A DNA stretch of 63,922 nucleotides, the filler included, from Octopus bimaculoides (Eukaryota), in NCBI RefSeq assembly GCF_001194135.2. It is 9 parts of 8 records of this genome, joined end to end, with 100 filler letters (N's around TTAATTAATTAA, not from the genome) between each part and the next. Parts side by side here need not be neighbours in the genome. Positions count along the whole stretch, not along the records: positions 61,486 to 62,653 come from NC_069004.1; positions 62,754 to 63,922 come from NW_026323254.1; 7 more parts are not named here. One strand, written 5' to 3'. Under the pieces are notes generated by a model. The model was not told the DNA's origin. It ran no database searches and saw only the letters and a program-made list of their open reading frames with translations. This document shows positions 62,265 to 63,922 of this stretch, one piece after another (position 1 is the stretch's first letter; every line of letters starts with the position of its first letter). The position numbers and the translations under genes were made by a program.

Positions 62265-62302
62265 CCATTTGAAACTTCGAAGTCACTATCAACCGCAACC
62301 AT
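62265..62302 (-). CDS. Possible first coding exon (MVAVDSDFEVSNG), perhaps of TONSL
   Basis: ATG at 62302 and donor GG|gtaagc. It ends in phase 2, so an unseen intervening exon would be needed to reach the phase-1 exon at 60854. Confidence 0.25.
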
Positions 62303-62540
62303 TTTTTCACTTGCGACACAATTATATTCGTTTCAAAATTCAGCGGCACACCTGAACTAAAAATATAACTAAGAGTATAGGGGAAAAGATTATATTCGAG
62401 TTACATTGCGGCACACCTAGCATCGTCTCGTGGCACACCAATATGCCGCGGAGCTGTAGAATAGAATAACCTATCAGATGAATGTAAAATTGCTTTTGCT
62501 ATAACTGAACATAAAACTAAACATTTATATATATACATAT

Positions 62541-62653
62541 GGGAGAATTTACGTCAAAAACAACAACAGATGAGGACAGGTGGTGTAAACAACAAAGGGA
62601 TGTATTAGTTTAGCGCTCGGGAATAGAAAAAGCCTTTAACGTTTCGAGCCTAC
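62541..62653 (-). mobile_element. Family H2 copy, hammerhead half lost in the gap
   Basis: Minus strand gtaggctcgaaacgttaaaggctttttctattcccgagcg...cacctgtcctcatctgttg...ctcccatatgtata. Confidence 0.85.
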
Positions 62654-62753
62654 NNNNNNNNNNNNNNNNNNNNNNNNNNNNNNNNNNNNNNNNNNNNTTA
62701 ATTAATTAANNNNNNNNNNNNNNNNNNNNNNNNNNNNNNNNNNNNNNNNNNNN

Positions 62754-62797
<44 letters not shown>

Positions 62798-62948
62798 TAA
62801 TATCAGTTTTATTCCTTTCAATCTGGTGACCCTCAATATCGCATTGAACAACTTTAGATCATAGATTAAGGCAAAATAAGATCCAAACACTAGATACATT
62901 CTACATTCAAGAACTAAATTAAATATTTTCATGTGTTCCATGTTACAG

Positions 62949-63922
62949 CAACGACAGAACAATATAACTCACCATCCACTCCTTACATAACTAGTACAGT
63001 TACACCAATGACAAACATCATAACCAAGACATCATCTCCTACTAAGATTATAACCACCATGACCAACAAATTACCTGCAACTACATTCCGTACACAAGCA
63101 TTTTCGTCCACATTTCTCGGCAAAACACCTTCAATATTACCAAGCACTCCATCAATGAGACACCAAACACAGGTAACAACTATAAAGCAAACAAGGATGA
63201 AGGCATTACAAAACATGACACAATCAACCATTACAGTGACGAGAAAATCAGTGCCAACAATAATAACATCAACAAAAGCAACAATAACAGTACCCATGAC
63301 AAGGACAACAGCATCCATACCATCGCCAACGGCATCGCTACCATCACCAACATTATCTATACCAACAACAACAAAAACATCCATGCAATCAATGAAAACA
63401 TCAACACCAACAAGAATGGCAACAACATCAATACCATCCAAAAAAAAATTAATGCCGACACCAACAACATCAATACCATCAGTAAGGACATCACTACCAT
63501 CAGCAACTACGTCAATACCATCAGCAACAACGTCAATACCATCAGCAACTACATCAATACCATCAGCAACAACATCAATACCATCAGCAACAACATCAAT
63601 ACCATCAGCAACAACGTCAATAACATCAGCAACTACATCAATACCATCAGCAACAACATCAATATCATCCGCAACAACGTCAATACCATCAGCAGCAACA
63701 TCAATACCATCAGCAACAACGTCAATACCATCCGTAACAACGTCAATACCATCCGCAACAACGTCAATACCATCAGCAAGAACGTCAATACCATCAGCAA
63801 GAACGTCAATACCATCAGCAACAACGTCAATACCATCAGCAACTACATCAATACCATCAACTACATCAATAACATCCGCAACAACATCAATACCATCCGC
63901 AACAACGTCAATACCATCAGCA
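62949..63922 (+). CDS. Mucin-like Thr/Ser/Pro-rich exon (partial, runs off window)
   Basis: Acceptor gttccatgttacag| in phase 1, with an in-frame stop 30 nt upstream. Stop-free for about 324 codons: TTEQYNSPSTPYITSTVTPM...(ATTSIPS)n. Repeat variation is largely synonymous in this frame. Confidence 0.7.
63470..63922 (+). repeat. 21-bp coding tandem repeat (gca aca acg tca ata cca tca = ATTSIPS), about 21 units
   Basis: Direct reading. One 18-bp unit near 63857 keeps the frame. Confidence 0.95.

Noticed and set aside
62983-63842. Minus-strand Val/Leu-rich ORFs 62983-63441 and 63633-63842
   Set aside because: Antisense shadows of the plus-strand mucin frame.
63470-63922. Regular 21-bp array considered as CRISPR or satellite
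   Set aside because: No spacers, eukaryotic context, and it behaves as an in-frame mucin repeat.

Overview
Repeat-dense, AT-rich animal genomic scaffold. It is most likely octopus/cephalopod; this is an inference from SINE families I recall and from the microsatellite load, not from a search. It has many N gaps, several containing an artificial TTAATTAATTAA spacer. Nearly all ORFs in the supplied track are microsatellite or gap artefacts. Supported coding content: (i) two phase-compatible minus-strand exons of Tonsoku-like (TONSL) TPR repeats at 60474-60854 and 58486-58558; (ii) a plus-strand mucin-like Thr/Ser/Pro exon from 62949 that runs off the window and is absent from the ORF track; (iii) three weaker orphan plus-strand exon candidates; (iv) an unexplained decayed minus-strand reading frame near 23.2-24.0 kb. 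The rest is a graveyard of at least six tRNA-type SINE families plus remnants of HERO, RTE, CR1-like and R4/Dong-like LINEs, Ty3/Gypsy, Tc1/mariner and a piggyBac-like MITE. The main discovery candidate is a set of three short repeat families carrying Penelope-type minimal hammerhead ribozyme motifs (CUGANGA-A-stemII-GAAA-CG-UH with a palindromic ACGU in place of stem III). One family joins a tRNA-derived Pol III head to the ribozyme, appears as head-to-head palindromes, and at 59322-59678 is a clean insertion with a 13-bp target-site duplication and 101-bp inverted arms. It looks like a non-autonomous, palindromic tRNA-hammerhead element mobilised by Penelope-like machinery. No ribozyme activity or database identity has been tested.
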